The translations under genes were made by a program, and so were the position numbers. A stretch of DNA of 58,474 nt from positions 1 to 58,474 of the forward strand of contig JBOGTU010000166.1 in NCBI GenBank assembly GCA_050695655.1. Direction: 5' to 3'. Shown here piece by piece: positions 1 to 8,816 of the stretch. This DNA comes from Chloroflexota bacterium (GTDB lineage: Bacteria > Chloroflexota > JAJPGV01). The notes below the pieces were generated by a model. The model did no database searches and was not told the origin of the DNA. It saw only the letters and a list, made by a program, of their open reading frames with translations. The stretch's first letter is position 1, and the number at the start of each line of letters is the position of its first letter.

Positions 1-900
1 GGCTACGTCGGTGACGTCGCTTACTACACACAACACCGCAAAGCACCGAAAGCCATCTATCCCGGCAAGCATCCTCCACTGATTGACCGGCAAACCTTCG
101 AGCGTGTTCAAGCCGTCATGGCCAGTCAGCGCCGTAGTCAGGTGGCGATTCGGCCATTTGGCCGGGCACCCTACCCGCTCACTGGCATCGCGTACTGTGG
201 GGGGTGTGGCGCCCCCATTCATGGCTCCAACTCCACAGCGCGCAACGGAGAGCGTGTCCGCCATCTGAAATGTGGGGCCGCCCTCATGCGCGGCCGCGCC
301 CTGTCCGGCTGTGATGAGCCGCGCGTCAGGGCCGACGTCGTCGAAGCCCAGCTGGCCGCCTATCTCGCCGGCATGGTCTTACCGGAACGGCAGGTGCAGC
401 GCGTGCTGAACGAGCTTGCGCGCCGCGCTGAGCTGAAGCCAAGCACAAAGCACGTGCCGGTGCTCGAGGGACAACTAGAGCGCTGGCGACGCCTCTTCGT
501 CATGGGCGACATTGACGAGCTCACCTACCGCCGGGAGATTCAGCCATTGCGTCAGCGCGTCGCGCTAATAAAGGTGCAGAATTCCGGGGGAGTCGATCTC
601 CGCTGGGCTTCGGAGCAGTTGCTCTCGGTAGCCGATGTCTATTCCCACGACACACTCGAACGCCAACGCACGTTTGTCCATGAGGTGTTCGTCCGCATGG
701 TCATTAGCGGCGGTCAGCTCACGTCCGTGACGCCGCAGCCGGCATTTGCACCGCTGTTCGTCCTCGATCGTCGCCTCCGCTTTGGTCAGGAGGGACCCGA
801 TTTCCCTCGTGCAACACCCAAGGCGGCGCTTAATCACGTACCCCCGAGAGGACTCGAACCTCCGCAACCGGCTCCGGAGGCCGGTGCTCTATCCGACTGA
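1..900 (+). CDS. Large serine recombinase, C-terminal portion (5' end outside window)
   Basis: Frame 1 is open from base 1 (GYVGDVAYYTQHRKAPKAIYPGKHPPLIDRQTFERVQAVM) into the listed 118..900 ORF. It has a zinc-ribbon-like YCGGCGAPIHG...LKCG followed by a coiled-coil-like region and a V.RMVISGG..T tail, as in large serine recombinases. The last ~20 codons are antisense to tRNA-Arg, so the real C-terminus is uncertain. Confidence 0.7.
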   Translation, partial: GYVGDVAYYTQHRKAPKAIYPGKHPPLIDRQTFERVQAVMASQRRSQVAIRPFGRAPYPLTGIAYCGGCGAPIHGSNSTARNGERVRHLKCGAALMRGRALSGCDEPRVRADVVEAQLAAYLAGMVLPERQVQRVLNELARRAELKPSTKHVPVLEGQLERWRRLFVMGDIDELTYRREIQPLRQRVALIKVQNSGGVDLRWASEQLLSVADVYSHDTLERQRTFVHEVFVRMVISGGQLTSVTPQPAFAPLFVLDRRLRFGQEGPDFPRATPKAALNHVPPRGLEPPQPAPEAGALSD

Positions 901-911
901 GCTACGGGGGC
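839..911 (-). tRNA. tRNA-Arg (anticodon CCG)
   Basis: The reverse complement reads GCCCCCG TA GCTC AGTCGGATA GAGC A CCGGC CTCCGGA GCCGG TTGC GGAGG TTCGAGT CCTCT CGGGGGT A. This gives a full cloverleaf with a 7-nt anticodon loop carrying CCG and a T-loop TTCGAGT. No CCA is encoded. Confidence 0.9.
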
Positions 912-939
912 GGATAGGAGGAATTGTAGCGGGCGCCAG

Positions 940-2115
940 CTACGAGGCGGGGGACGACTGAGCCACGGCCAGCGCAGAGGTGAGCCAGCCGACCATCAGG
1001 GAGCTGGCGCCCTGGCTCTTAGCCTGGGCGATGTTCGCGGCGGCCTGGTCCAACTGGTTGAGCTGAACGTCATCCCAGGCGGAGTTGAGCGCGAGGAATC
1101 CGGCCTTGGGCACAAAGCCGACATGCATGGCTGCCACGGGTGGCGTGCGGAAGGGATGCGCCAGCTCCGCCTCGTAGGCCGCGGCCTTGTTCCAGCCTGC
1201 GGTCGCCTGCACCGCGTCCAACAGGGCCTGCTTTGCCGGCGGATACACGACCATGAAGCGCTGGTTGCCGGTCCAGATCTGGTCGAACTCGGGATATGAA
1301 ATCTCGTGATTCGGTCCCAGGTATGAATCCGTGGAGATGAACACGCCGCGCGCATCATCAAAGCCCTCTATTTCGCGATAGTGGCCCACGTGGTCCGTGG
1401 CGCTCACCCACTGGCTGACGATCACGGGAAAGCCGTTGCTGACCATGGCTTTCACCAGGGTGTCGGTTCCGGATACGCCCATCAGGCCATCCATGCCTAA
1501 CGTTTTGAGGTAACCCGGCACCGGATACGGCCACATGCCGCGATTGTTACCGTCCGGCCGGAGCGCGGCCTGCGCTTGCCCCTGCGTCTGCTGCACACCC
1601 CAGTAGCGCAGCACCTCAGCGATGGCGGCCGGCCCGCAGTTGTTCAACGTCTGGCGGATGTATTGCAGGGGGCCGAGCTGAAATGCCGAGGGCGTAGGTG
1701 CAACCGGCACCCGCGGCGCCGCGGCTGTGCCCATCGCGGCCGAGGTTCCAGCCGCGCCGGCTGAGGCGCCGTTGGCCTCTGGAGCGCCAGCGCTACCGCT
1801 AACGGCAGCAGCGGTCAGCGCCGGGCCCTTCACCGTAAGACCATCATTCACGGCAGCACCAATGCTGCCCGCGACTCCCGCAACCACCTGCCCGGCAGCG
1901 GGCGCCGTCGCATCCGCCCGCGCAATCGCCGCGGCGGGCACCGTTTGGCCCGCGCTGCCGCCGCCTGGTGACGCCGCGTCCCGTCGGGCCGACACCTGGC
2001 TTGAGCTCACCAGTGCTGCATGGCCTGAGCTTGGGTCGACCGGCTGGCTCACCTGCGCGCCGCACGCGGCCAGTGCCAGGCATCCGACCAGTGCCACCAG
2101 CCCGCGAACCTTCAT
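940..2115 (-). CDS. Secreted lipoprotein with C39-like cysteine peptidase domain (Peptidase_C39_2-like)
   Basis: 391-aa ORF with a lipobox signal (LVGCLALAACG) and a long Ala/Gly/Ser linker. The catalytic-region motif IRQTLNNCGPAAIAEVLRYWG plus a downstream HYREIEGFDD histidine region fit C39-like peptidases. Confidence 0.65.
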   Translation of the reverse strand: MKVRGLVALVGCLALAACGAQVSQPVDPSSGHAALVSSSQVSARRDAASPGGGSAGQTVPAAAIARADATAPAAGQVVAGVAGSIGAAVNDGLTVKGPALTAAAVSGSAGAPEANGASAGAAGTSAAMGTAAAPRVPVAPTPSAFQLGPLQYIRQTLNNCGPAAIAEVLRYWGVQQTQGQAQAALRPDGNNRGMWPYPVPGYLKTLGMDGLMGVSGTDTLVKAMVSNGFPVIVSQWVSATDHVGHYREIEGFDDARGVFISTDSYLGPNHEISYPEFDQIWTGNQRFMVVYPPAKQALLDAVQATAGWNKAAAYEAELAHPFRTPPVAAMHVGFVPKAGFLALNSAWDDVQLNQLDQAAANIAQAKSQGASSLMVGWLTSALAVAQSSPAS

Positions 2116-2165
2116 GTGCTCAGCCGAGCCTACACCAGGAAGTAGCCCCGCTCAAGATACAGAGG

Positions 2166-2390
2166 CTAAGGAAGAGATAAGAATTGCTGCTCGCCTTCAT
2201 CGGGCAAAGGCTCCCACTCAGGAGCCAGCAGCATGGTGCTGTGCACTGTGAGCTGGATGCCCGACAGCGTGCGCAGGGCCACGCCGGAGCCGTAGGTGCC
2301 CGGCCAGTGCTGCACCACGGTCCAGATGAGCCCATCCCACTCGTGGCCCGGCTCGTGGTAGCGGTAGCGCCGGGCGAGCCCCTCGCTCAC
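2166..2390 (-). CDS. Hypothetical small protein (74 aa)
   Basis: The start codon overlaps the TetR stop (ATGA-type overlap at 2387-2390), suggesting translational coupling. No family recognised. Confidence 0.4.
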   Translation of the reverse strand: MSEGLARRYRYHEPGHEWDGLIWTVVQHWPGTYGSGVALRTLSGIQLTVHSTMLLAPEWEPLPDEGEQQFLSLP

Positions 2391-3130
2391 CGGCCGCGCT
2401 CCTCACGCCGCGCCAGTGGGGCAACATCCGCGGCAATGCCCGCATGCTCTTCAACCGCCAAGGGGCTGGCTGCCGTTGCGTTCAGCACCTCCACATCGCC
2501 ATCCAGCCTGAGCAGCCGCAGCATGTTCGCGGCGACCTGATCCGCCGCCAGGTCGTGCGCGGGGTCGTACCACACGTGCACACAGCTCACCATGCCGATG
2601 ATGGCCAGGGCAGCGTAGCGTGGGTTGACCTCCGGCAGGGCATTGGCCGCGGTAGCCGCGGTCACGGCCTGGGTAACGATGTCCATCAAGCGATCGTCGT
2701 TGGCCTTGAACTGCTCGTCCCGTTCATCATGGAACACAGGGCGGTGCCCGTTGAAGGCCGCTATCAGGCCTGGATGGTCCGCCATCTCATCGACAAAGAC
2801 GCGGATGATGGCGATGAGCCGCTGCCGCGCATCGACCGCGCGGGCCGCCTCTTCCAGCCGCTGCATGCCAGCTTGAAAGGCGCGCACAAACAGCAGGCCC
2901 ACCAGGTTCGACTTGGAGGTCACGTAGTGGTACAGGCTGGCCTTGCGCATGTCCAGCGCGATGGCCACGTCGTCCAGCGTTGCGGTTTCGTAGCCTTTGC
3001 TGGCAAACACCTCGGCGGCGGTGCGGAGCACCTGCTCTTTGCGCGCCAGGTAGTCTGCCGTAGGCGTGGCGTTGCGGGGCCGGCCGCGCCGGGGAAGCGG
3101 CGAAGGCCCCGCGGGCGCCGGCTCGATCAT
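2387..3130 (-). CDS. TetR/AcrR family transcriptional regulator
   Basis: HTH region LRTAAEVFASKGYETATLDDVAIALDMRKASLYHYVTSKSNL. The ATG at 3130 (MIEPAPAG) is preceded by GAGGA-ccgc. The longer 305-aa ORF start at 3304 is less likely. Confidence 0.85.
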   Translation of the reverse strand: MIEPAPAGPSPLPRRGRPRNATPTADYLARKEQVLRTAAEVFASKGYETATLDDVAIALDMRKASLYHYVTSKSNLVGLLFVRAFQAGMQRLEEAARAVDARQRLIAIIRVFVDEMADHPGLIAAFNGHRPVFHDERDEQFKANDDRLMDIVTQAVTAATAANALPEVNPRYAALAIIGMVSCVHVWYDPAHDLAADQVAANMLRLLRLDGDVEVLNATAASPLAVEEHAGIAADVAPLARREERGR

Positions 3131-3371
3131 GCGGTCCTCACATAGTAAACCAACGGCGTCGAAGTCGGCCGATTCACACGCTGGAAGGTGGAATGCGGGG
3201 CGCGAAAGCGTGATCGGCCGCTGGCTTTGCTCAGCCAAAGGGGTGCACACGGCCATCATGTGGGCGAAATTCGACGCCCTGGTGGCAGGCGTCAGGCCGG
3301 CCACCGCCCAGCTCTGGAGACAGCCGGGGCGGCAGCCAGCCTGAACCTGCCTTCGAGGGCTATGCGGCCAC

Positions 3372-5186
3372 TCAGTGGTGCGCGGCCGCGTAGCCCTGCT
3401 GGAACTCGATCTTGGCTTGCGCGCCGCCCGCGGCCAGCCAGGCTTTGACGAGCCCGTCGTAGGTGCTCATGGGCTTTTGCCCCTTGATGATGGCGTTCAG
3501 GCCATCGCCAAAGGTCTGCGTGAGGATGGTGTTCTTGGTGGCGAGGGTGCGGGAGTAGAGGCCCACGCTGGCATCCTCCACGCCAGCGGCGAACAGCACC
3601 TTTTCCGCCGCCTGCAGATCCGCCGGCGCCTGCGTTGACAGCGGCGAGTAGAGCACCGGCGCCGGGCCCACAATGGTGTTCCAGGGAATGATGTCGTTTT
3701 TCCCGGCATTGGTGGTCACGGGGTTGCCCTTGCTGTCCATGTTGTAATCCACACCCTTGGAGCCATAGTGCAGCAGCAGATACTCCTCGCTGCCAAATGG
3801 CGCGGCCAGGTAATCGAGCACGCGCAGCAGCATCTTGACTCGCGCGTCCGACGTGCCTTTGCGGATGACCATGAAGCCGAAGTTCGGGCGGCCGAAAAAG
3901 TAATCCGGCTTGCTGCCGTCATTGGAAAAGGGCATGACGACCTTCACCCTGGCGGCCGGCGTGAGCTTGGGCCCGGCCAGCCAGTAGTTGGCGTCCAGCC
4001 CGTCATAGCGGTAGGCCACCTTGCGCGCGGAAAAGGCATCGCGGGCGCTCAGCGTATTCCAGCCTGGGCCGTCGGGGTCGAACACGCCGGCCTTGTTCAG
4101 CTCGAGCGCGTAGGCCACGGAAGCCTTGAACTGCTCGGTTTCCTGCGCAGCGGTGAATTTGCCGTTGGCGTCCACAGCCCAGTTGTTGGGCGCCTTGAAG
4201 ATGGAGGGGAACAGCCCGTTCACCACGTCGAAGGCGTATTGCGGGCCGCCTTCCGCGCCGATACCCCAGATGTTCTGCTGCGGCCTGGTGAACTGCTGCA
4301 GCTGCGTCTTGAGGTCCGTCGCGTTCTTGGGCTGGCTCAGCCCGGCCTGATCCAGCAGCTCCTGGTGCACCCAGAACCACCAGAAGTACGGCCGCAGCGG
4401 CTGCGGCACGCCAAAAATCTTGCTGTTATAAATGGTGGTCTTCCAGGGGCGCGTGGGAATGGCAGCCAGGTTGGGATACTCCTTTATGGCATCGCCACTC
4501 ACGTAGGGCGTGAGGTCCACACACTCCTTTTCGAAGAACTCCGGCAGCAGCACAATGGTCGGGTCGTTGATGATGCTCAGCAGGTCCGGCAGCGCGCCGC
4601 CGGCAATCGTGGTGGTGAGCTTGGTGGTGTAGTAGTCGGCAAAAGCCACCAGCTGCACCTTGAGATTGGCGCCCACCTCCTTGTTGATCGCCTGCCAGCT
4701 GGTGTTGCTGCCCACAGGCCTTGGCGGCGCACCGAAGGACCAGCTCATCATGGTGATGTCGCTGCCATCGCCCGGGGTTTTGGCCACGGACTTGAAGGGG
4801 TTCTTGGGGTAAGCATTGAACACTGGGTCCACGTTGCCATCGGCCGATCCGGGCAGGTCTGGCGCGGGGCCGGCCGTGATGGGTGTGTGCGTTGGCAGGG
4901 CCGGCGCCCCCGATGCCGAGGAGGATGATGATGATGATGAGGTGGTGGCCGGGTGGCTGGTGCTCACAGCAGAAGCCGCTGGTGCCGCGGGCGCCGAAGA
5001 GCTGGCCGGAGCAGCGCTGGCTGCTGGCGAGCTGGCAGCGGGCGCGGCCGAACCGCAGGCCGCGAGGAGCGTGGCGCCCAGGCCCGTGATGGCTATGTGG
5101 AGGGCAGCTCGCCGGCTGATTTGGATGGGCGCGGGGGTTGATTCAACCGTGCCACGCGATGCGCTGGGTTGAGGACAATCCATCAT
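3372..5186 (-). CDS. ABC transporter extracellular solute-binding protein (large family-1 type), Tat/lipoprotein signal
   Basis: 604-aa ORF with SRRAALHIAITGLGATLLAACGS (twin-Arg plus lipobox) and a Ser/Ala-rich linker including S8, followed by a sugar-SBP-like body. GGAGAG RBS before ATGATG. No permease or ATPase genes are adjacent. Confidence 0.8.
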   Translation of the reverse strand: MMDCPQPSASRGTVESTPAPIQISRRAALHIAITGLGATLLAACGSAAPAASSPAASAAPASSSAPAAPAASAVSTSHPATTSSSSSSSSASGAPALPTHTPITAGPAPDLPGSADGNVDPVFNAYPKNPFKSVAKTPGDGSDITMMSWSFGAPPRPVGSNTSWQAINKEVGANLKVQLVAFADYYTTKLTTTIAGGALPDLLSIINDPTIVLLPEFFEKECVDLTPYVSGDAIKEYPNLAAIPTRPWKTTIYNSKIFGVPQPLRPYFWWFWVHQELLDQAGLSQPKNATDLKTQLQQFTRPQQNIWGIGAEGGPQYAFDVVNGLFPSIFKAPNNWAVDANGKFTAAQETEQFKASVAYALELNKAGVFDPDGPGWNTLSARDAFSARKVAYRYDGLDANYWLAGPKLTPAARVKVVMPFSNDGSKPDYFFGRPNFGFMVIRKGTSDARVKMLLRVLDYLAAPFGSEEYLLLHYGSKGVDYNMDSKGNPVTTNAGKNDIIPWNTIVGPAPVLYSPLSTQAPADLQAAEKVLFAAGVEDASVGLYSRTLATKNTILTQTFGDGLNAIIKGQKPMSTYDGLVKAWLAAGGAQAKIEFQQGYAAAHH

Positions 5187-5270
5187 TCTCTCCGTGTCGA
5201 TTCTTCTGACCCCGCGGTCGAATAGCGGCCATTGTAACCGCCGCTGCCAGCTGGGTTTTCGGCTGACGGA

Positions 5271-7076
5271 TCAGCCCGCGGCCACCTTCACCTGGATGCT
5301 GTTCCAGCCGTTGCCGCCGTTGGGCTGCGGCAGGTTGAACGTCTCCGTCTGGAGGGCGCCAGTACCATCTGTGGCGCGAGCAACCAGGGTGACCGGAGGT
5401 CCGGCTTGGGCCTGCAATGTGCCCTGCCAGCGCACGAAGGTATCGCGCCCCAGCACCGGCTGGAGCAGCGTGGCCGCTGCCCAGCTGCGCCCGCCATTGG
5501 CGCTGTATTCCACCTTGGCGATGCCGCGGGCGCCCGCGTAAGCCACGCCGGCAACGGGGTGGGCTCCGGGTCGCAAAGTGGCGCCATTGGCCGGTTCGTC
5601 GATCCGGGCCATGGTGTTCACGAAGGCGGTGCGGCTCCAATCACGCTGGCCGTACCAATCCACGAACGGGCGCGGCATCGGCTGCAGGTGCACGATCCAC
5701 TTGGCGTTCTTGAGCCCGTAGTGGCCGGGGATGATCAGCCGCACCGGGAAGCCATGCTCCAGCGGCAGCACGGTGTCATTCATCTCGTAGGCCAGGATCA
5801 CCGTGGGGTCGCTCGCGGCCGCCGCGGACAGCGAGCTGGAGAATTCGTCCGCGCCGAAAACAGCGATGGCCTGCACATCCGGCTGCAACCCGCCAGCGAG
5901 CTGGATCACATCGCTCAAACGGGCACCAGTCCACTTGGCGGTGCTGATGAGATCGCAACCAAAGGACGTGAGCTCGCACTTGGCGGTGAGGTTGCTGATG
6001 CACTCCAGCGTCTTGTAGAAGGTCACTGGTGGCAAGCGGCGCAGGGTGAGGTAGTCCACTTGCACGGGCGCATGCACCGCGCCATCCACGATGAGCCGCC
6101 AGTCCCGCGCGCTGATGATGGGATCGCCACCGGCGTTCTTGGTTACCGTATAGAAGTTGGCGTTGGGGGTGATCTCCGGCTGGAGCTGCCCTGGGGTACG
6201 CCGCACGGCCAGGAGCGCGCCATCCTTGTCACGCGGGAGGGGCCGCTCGGGCGGCGTCGCCGGATACAAATTCGGCGTGGCCGTCGCTGGTGCGGCGGGA
6301 GTGGGCGCGAGAGCTGGGCTGGCCGCGAGAGCTGGGCTCGCCGCGGTGGAAGGCGCCGCCGTTGCTGACGTGGCTGGCGAGGCCGCGACTGTGCCGGCGG
6401 GCACTGAAGCCGGGGTGGGCGCGCCGGGCGGGGGCAGCGATGCCTCCGGCAGGCCACTGGCCACCTTGCCTGCCGACCGTCCTAACCACGTGGAGACGAT
6501 GAGCGCCGCCAGCGCTCCCGTCACTCCCGCCAGGAAGGCGCGGCGCGACCCCACGTCCACGGGTCCCGGCGGCAGGTCTCCTCGTGCAGCCGTCGTGCCT
6601 CGGGCCACCAGGCGCGCGGCGACCAGCAGTGAGGCATAGGCCTCACCAATGCCCGCGTACACGGCATTGGTGAGGAAGGGTGGGTCCAGCGGCAAGGCGG
6701 TGGCAAAGAAGCCGCCGCCCGTGGCCGGGAAGATGCCAGCCATCGCAACCAGCCATAGCAGTGGAGCAAGCAGCCACAGCGCGGCGCCGGGGCGGACCAG
6801 TCGCAGCGCCAGCAGGGCCGCGACCAGCAGCACCAGAAACGTCACCACATAGCTGCCAATCAGGGCGAAGTCCTTGGCCCTAGGCCCGAACTTTTCGATG
6901 GCGGCCTCAAATTGATCGGGCGGGATCGCCAGCAGGAACGTCTCCATCAACCGCTCGGGCAACGTCCGCAGCTGCAACGCCAGCCGGGCCCAGTACATGA
7001 GCCCAATGGCGGCGGTGCTGGCCAGCACCGCCGCCACGGCGTACACCCACCTAAACCTGCCGGTTTCGCCTCGCAC
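5271..7076 (-). CDS. Membrane-anchored molybdopterin oxidoreductase (sulfite-oxidase/YedY-like fold)
   Basis: The C-terminal ~400 aa match the sulfite-oxidase-type Mo domain plus dimerisation/Ig-like domain (FYTVTKN..., ECISN..., GFPVRLIIPGHYGLKNAKW, YAGARGIAKVEYSANGGRSW). The N-terminus has several hydrophobic helices and an Ala/Pro/Thr linker. Start placed at GTG 7076; ATG 6998 is possible. The 896-aa track ORF extends antisense across the HAD gene and is an artefact. Confidence 0.75.
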   Translation of the reverse strand: MRGETGRFRWVYAVAAVLASTAAIGLMYWARLALQLRTLPERLMETFLLAIPPDQFEAAIEKFGPRAKDFALIGSYVVTFLVLLVAALLALRLVRPGAALWLLAPLLWLVAMAGIFPATGGGFFATALPLDPPFLTNAVYAGIGEAYASLLVAARLVARGTTAARGDLPPGPVDVGSRRAFLAGVTGALAALIVSTWLGRSAGKVASGLPEASLPPPGAPTPASVPAGTVAASPATSATAAPSTAASPALAASPALAPTPAAPATATPNLYPATPPERPLPRDKDGALLAVRRTPGQLQPEITPNANFYTVTKNAGGDPIISARDWRLIVDGAVHAPVQVDYLTLRRLPPVTFYKTLECISNLTAKCELTSFGCDLISTAKWTGARLSDVIQLAGGLQPDVQAIAVFGADEFSSSLSAAAASDPTVILAYEMNDTVLPLEHGFPVRLIIPGHYGLKNAKWIVHLQPMPRPFVDWYGQRDWSRTAFVNTMARIDEPANGATLRPGAHPVAGVAYAGARGIAKVEYSANGGRSWAAATLLQPVLGRDTFVRWQGTLQAQAGPPVTLVARATDGTGALQTETFNLPQPNGGNGWNSIQVKVAAG

Positions 7077-7136
7077 TCTTGCCGCGGATTGTAGGGGCTG
7101 GCCGCGCAGGCGGCCCCAGCACGTAAGATTGCGCGC

Positions 7137-7838
7137 ATGGATCTGCCAGCCGCACTGCTGTTCGATGTCTTCGGCACCGTGGTGGACTGGCGCGGCGCCG
7201 TGATTCGCGAGGGACTGGCCATCGCGCCGCGGCTGGACTGGGGCCGCCTGGCGGATGTGTGGCGCGGTCACTACGCCCCCACCTTGCGCCGCGTGGTCGC
7301 GGGCGAGCTGCCCTGGGCACCCCTGGATGAGCTGCAGGGGCAGATGCTCGAAACGACACTCACCGAGCTGGGCATCGCCGGCCTCACCGAAACCCAGCGC
7401 GCCACCCTGAGCCGGGTGTGGGAGCGGCTGGACCCCTGGCCGGACGTCGCCGCCGGCCTCGCCCGCCTCAAGGAGCGCTACATCATCTGCCCGCTTTCCA
7501 ACGGCAGCGTGCGCGAACTGGTGGGCATCGCCCGCCGCGGCCGCCTGCCCTGGGACGCCATCTTCAGCACCGAGCTGTTCCACACCTTCAAGCCGGACCC
7601 GCGCACCTACCTCGGCGCCGCCGGGCTTCTGCAGCTTGCCCCCGCGCAGGTGATGATGGTGGCCGCCCACCCGCTGGACCTGCGCGCCGCGGCGGCCCTT
7701 GGCCTGCAAACCGCCTTTGTGCCCCGCCCGCTGGAATGGGGCCCCAAGACGAACGTGCAACCATCGGGCGCCGGCGAATTCACGGTGCAGGCGGCGACCT
7801 TCATGGACCTGGCCGATCAGCTGGCCACGGACAGGTGA
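7137..7838 (+). CDS. Haloacid dehalogenase type II (HAD superfamily hydrolase)
   Basis: N-terminal motif LLFDVFGTVVDW. The remaining motifs (CPLSNGS, FKPDPRTY, VAAHPLDLRAAAALG) are collinear with L-2-haloacid dehalogenases. Confidence 0.8.
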   Translation: MDLPAALLFDVFGTVVDWRGAVIREGLAIAPRLDWGRLADVWRGHYAPTLRRVVAGELPWAPLDELQGQMLETTLTELGIAGLTETQRATLSRVWERLDPWPDVAAGLARLKERYIICPLSNGSVRELVGIARRGRLPWDAIFSTELFHTFKPDPRTYLGAAGLLQLAPAQVMMVAAHPLDLRAAAALGLQTAFVPRPLEWGPKTNVQPSGAGEFTVQAATFMDLADQLATDR

Positions 7839-7881
7839 GCCGGCGCCCCCCAGGCGCAGCGGCCGGAGGAGGCTCAGTGGT

Positions 7882-8781
7882 TCAAGCTTTGCGCGGCGTG
7901 AAGCCGAGGGAGAGCTGATACAGCAAGCGGCCCACGGCGGGCGGGCCGTCGAGCTCCACATCGGCGGCGTCCAGGGCGGCGATCAGCGTCTCCGGGTTCG
8001 TCACGGCCACGCTCAGCGTGCGGGTGGGGCCGGCCTGGCGTAAGTCAGCCAGCGCGCGAAAGGCATCGGCGTCGGTCACATCGTCGCCCAAGTAGACAAG
8101 GCCCCGCAGATCGTGCCTGGTGGCCAGCGCCTGCATCACTGTGCCCTTGTTCCAGCGCGACGCGATACGCAGTTCCACGACGCGCCGCCCTTCCAGCATG
8201 CTCAGCTGGTCGCCAGCGAAGCGGCCCGCCAGCTCAAGCGCCAGATCCCGTGCCCGATCCGTGCGCTGCGCCCGCCGATAGTGCAGCGCCACCGCCAGAC
8301 CCTTCTCCTCCAGGCGAAAGCCGGGCGTCTGGCTCAGCAGCAGCCGCAGGGCATCGCGCGCAAAGGCCAGCTGCACCTGGGCCGCCGGTGGCGAGGCAAA
8401 GATCTCGGTCACGCCGTCCCGGTGCCACTCCAGGCCATGGTTACCCACGTAAGTTACACCAGCCACACCCACCCGCTGGGCCACGTCTTCGGCTCGGCGG
8501 CCACTCACCACCGCTACCACGGCAAGCCGTGACACCAGGCGGTGCAGGGAATCGCGCACGCCGTCCAGCACGGCGGCCTGCTCCGGCCGCGCCGCGATGG
8601 CGCTGATGGTGCCATCGAAGTCGGTAGCCAGCCCTGCCGGGCTCGCCGCCAGCACCCGCTGCGCGCTGGTCAGGCACGACACCGGTGGCAAGCCGGGCAC
8701 ACCCGTCTCTTCCGGCTGCTGGCGCGGCTCCGGCTCTCCAGCGGGGGAAGGCCACCTCACTCTCGGCTGCTCCCTTGCCAT
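7882..8781 (-). CDS. otsB: Trehalose-6-phosphate phosphatase
   Basis: HAD motif ATDFDGTISAI, with GNHGLEW, KGTVMQAL and YLGDDVTDADAF collinear with OtsB. The start is uncertain: ATG 8781 was chosen because ATG 8823 would overlap the divergent regulator start. Confidence 0.8.
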   Translation of the reverse strand: MAREQPRVRWPSPAGEPEPRQQPEETGVPGLPPVSCLTSAQRVLAASPAGLATDFDGTISAIAARPEQAAVLDGVRDSLHRLVSRLAVVAVVSGRRAEDVAQRVGVAGVTYVGNHGLEWHRDGVTEIFASPPAAQVQLAFARDALRLLLSQTPGFRLEEKGLAVALHYRRAQRTDRARDLALELAGRFAGDQLSMLEGRRVVELRIASRWNKGTVMQALATRHDLRGLVYLGDDVTDADAFRALADLRQAGPTRTLSVAVTNPETLIAALDAADVELDGPPAVGRLLYQLSLGFTPRKA

Positions 8782-8816
8782 CCCCCGCCCGCGGCCCTGC
8801 CTGGTACCCTGCACCT

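Noticed and set aside
7077-7961. Upstream 295 codons of the 896-aa track ORF (5271..7961)
   Set aside because: This part is antisense to the clearly real haloacid dehalogenase gene (7137-7838). The Mo-oxidoreductase similarity and its membrane domain begin only near 7076.
8685-8816. Longer 268-aa version of the first response regulator
   Set aside because: The 44-codon N-terminal extension overlaps otsB on the opposite strand and adds Ala/Pro/Arg-rich sequence before the canonical receiver start. GTG 8817 is preferred.
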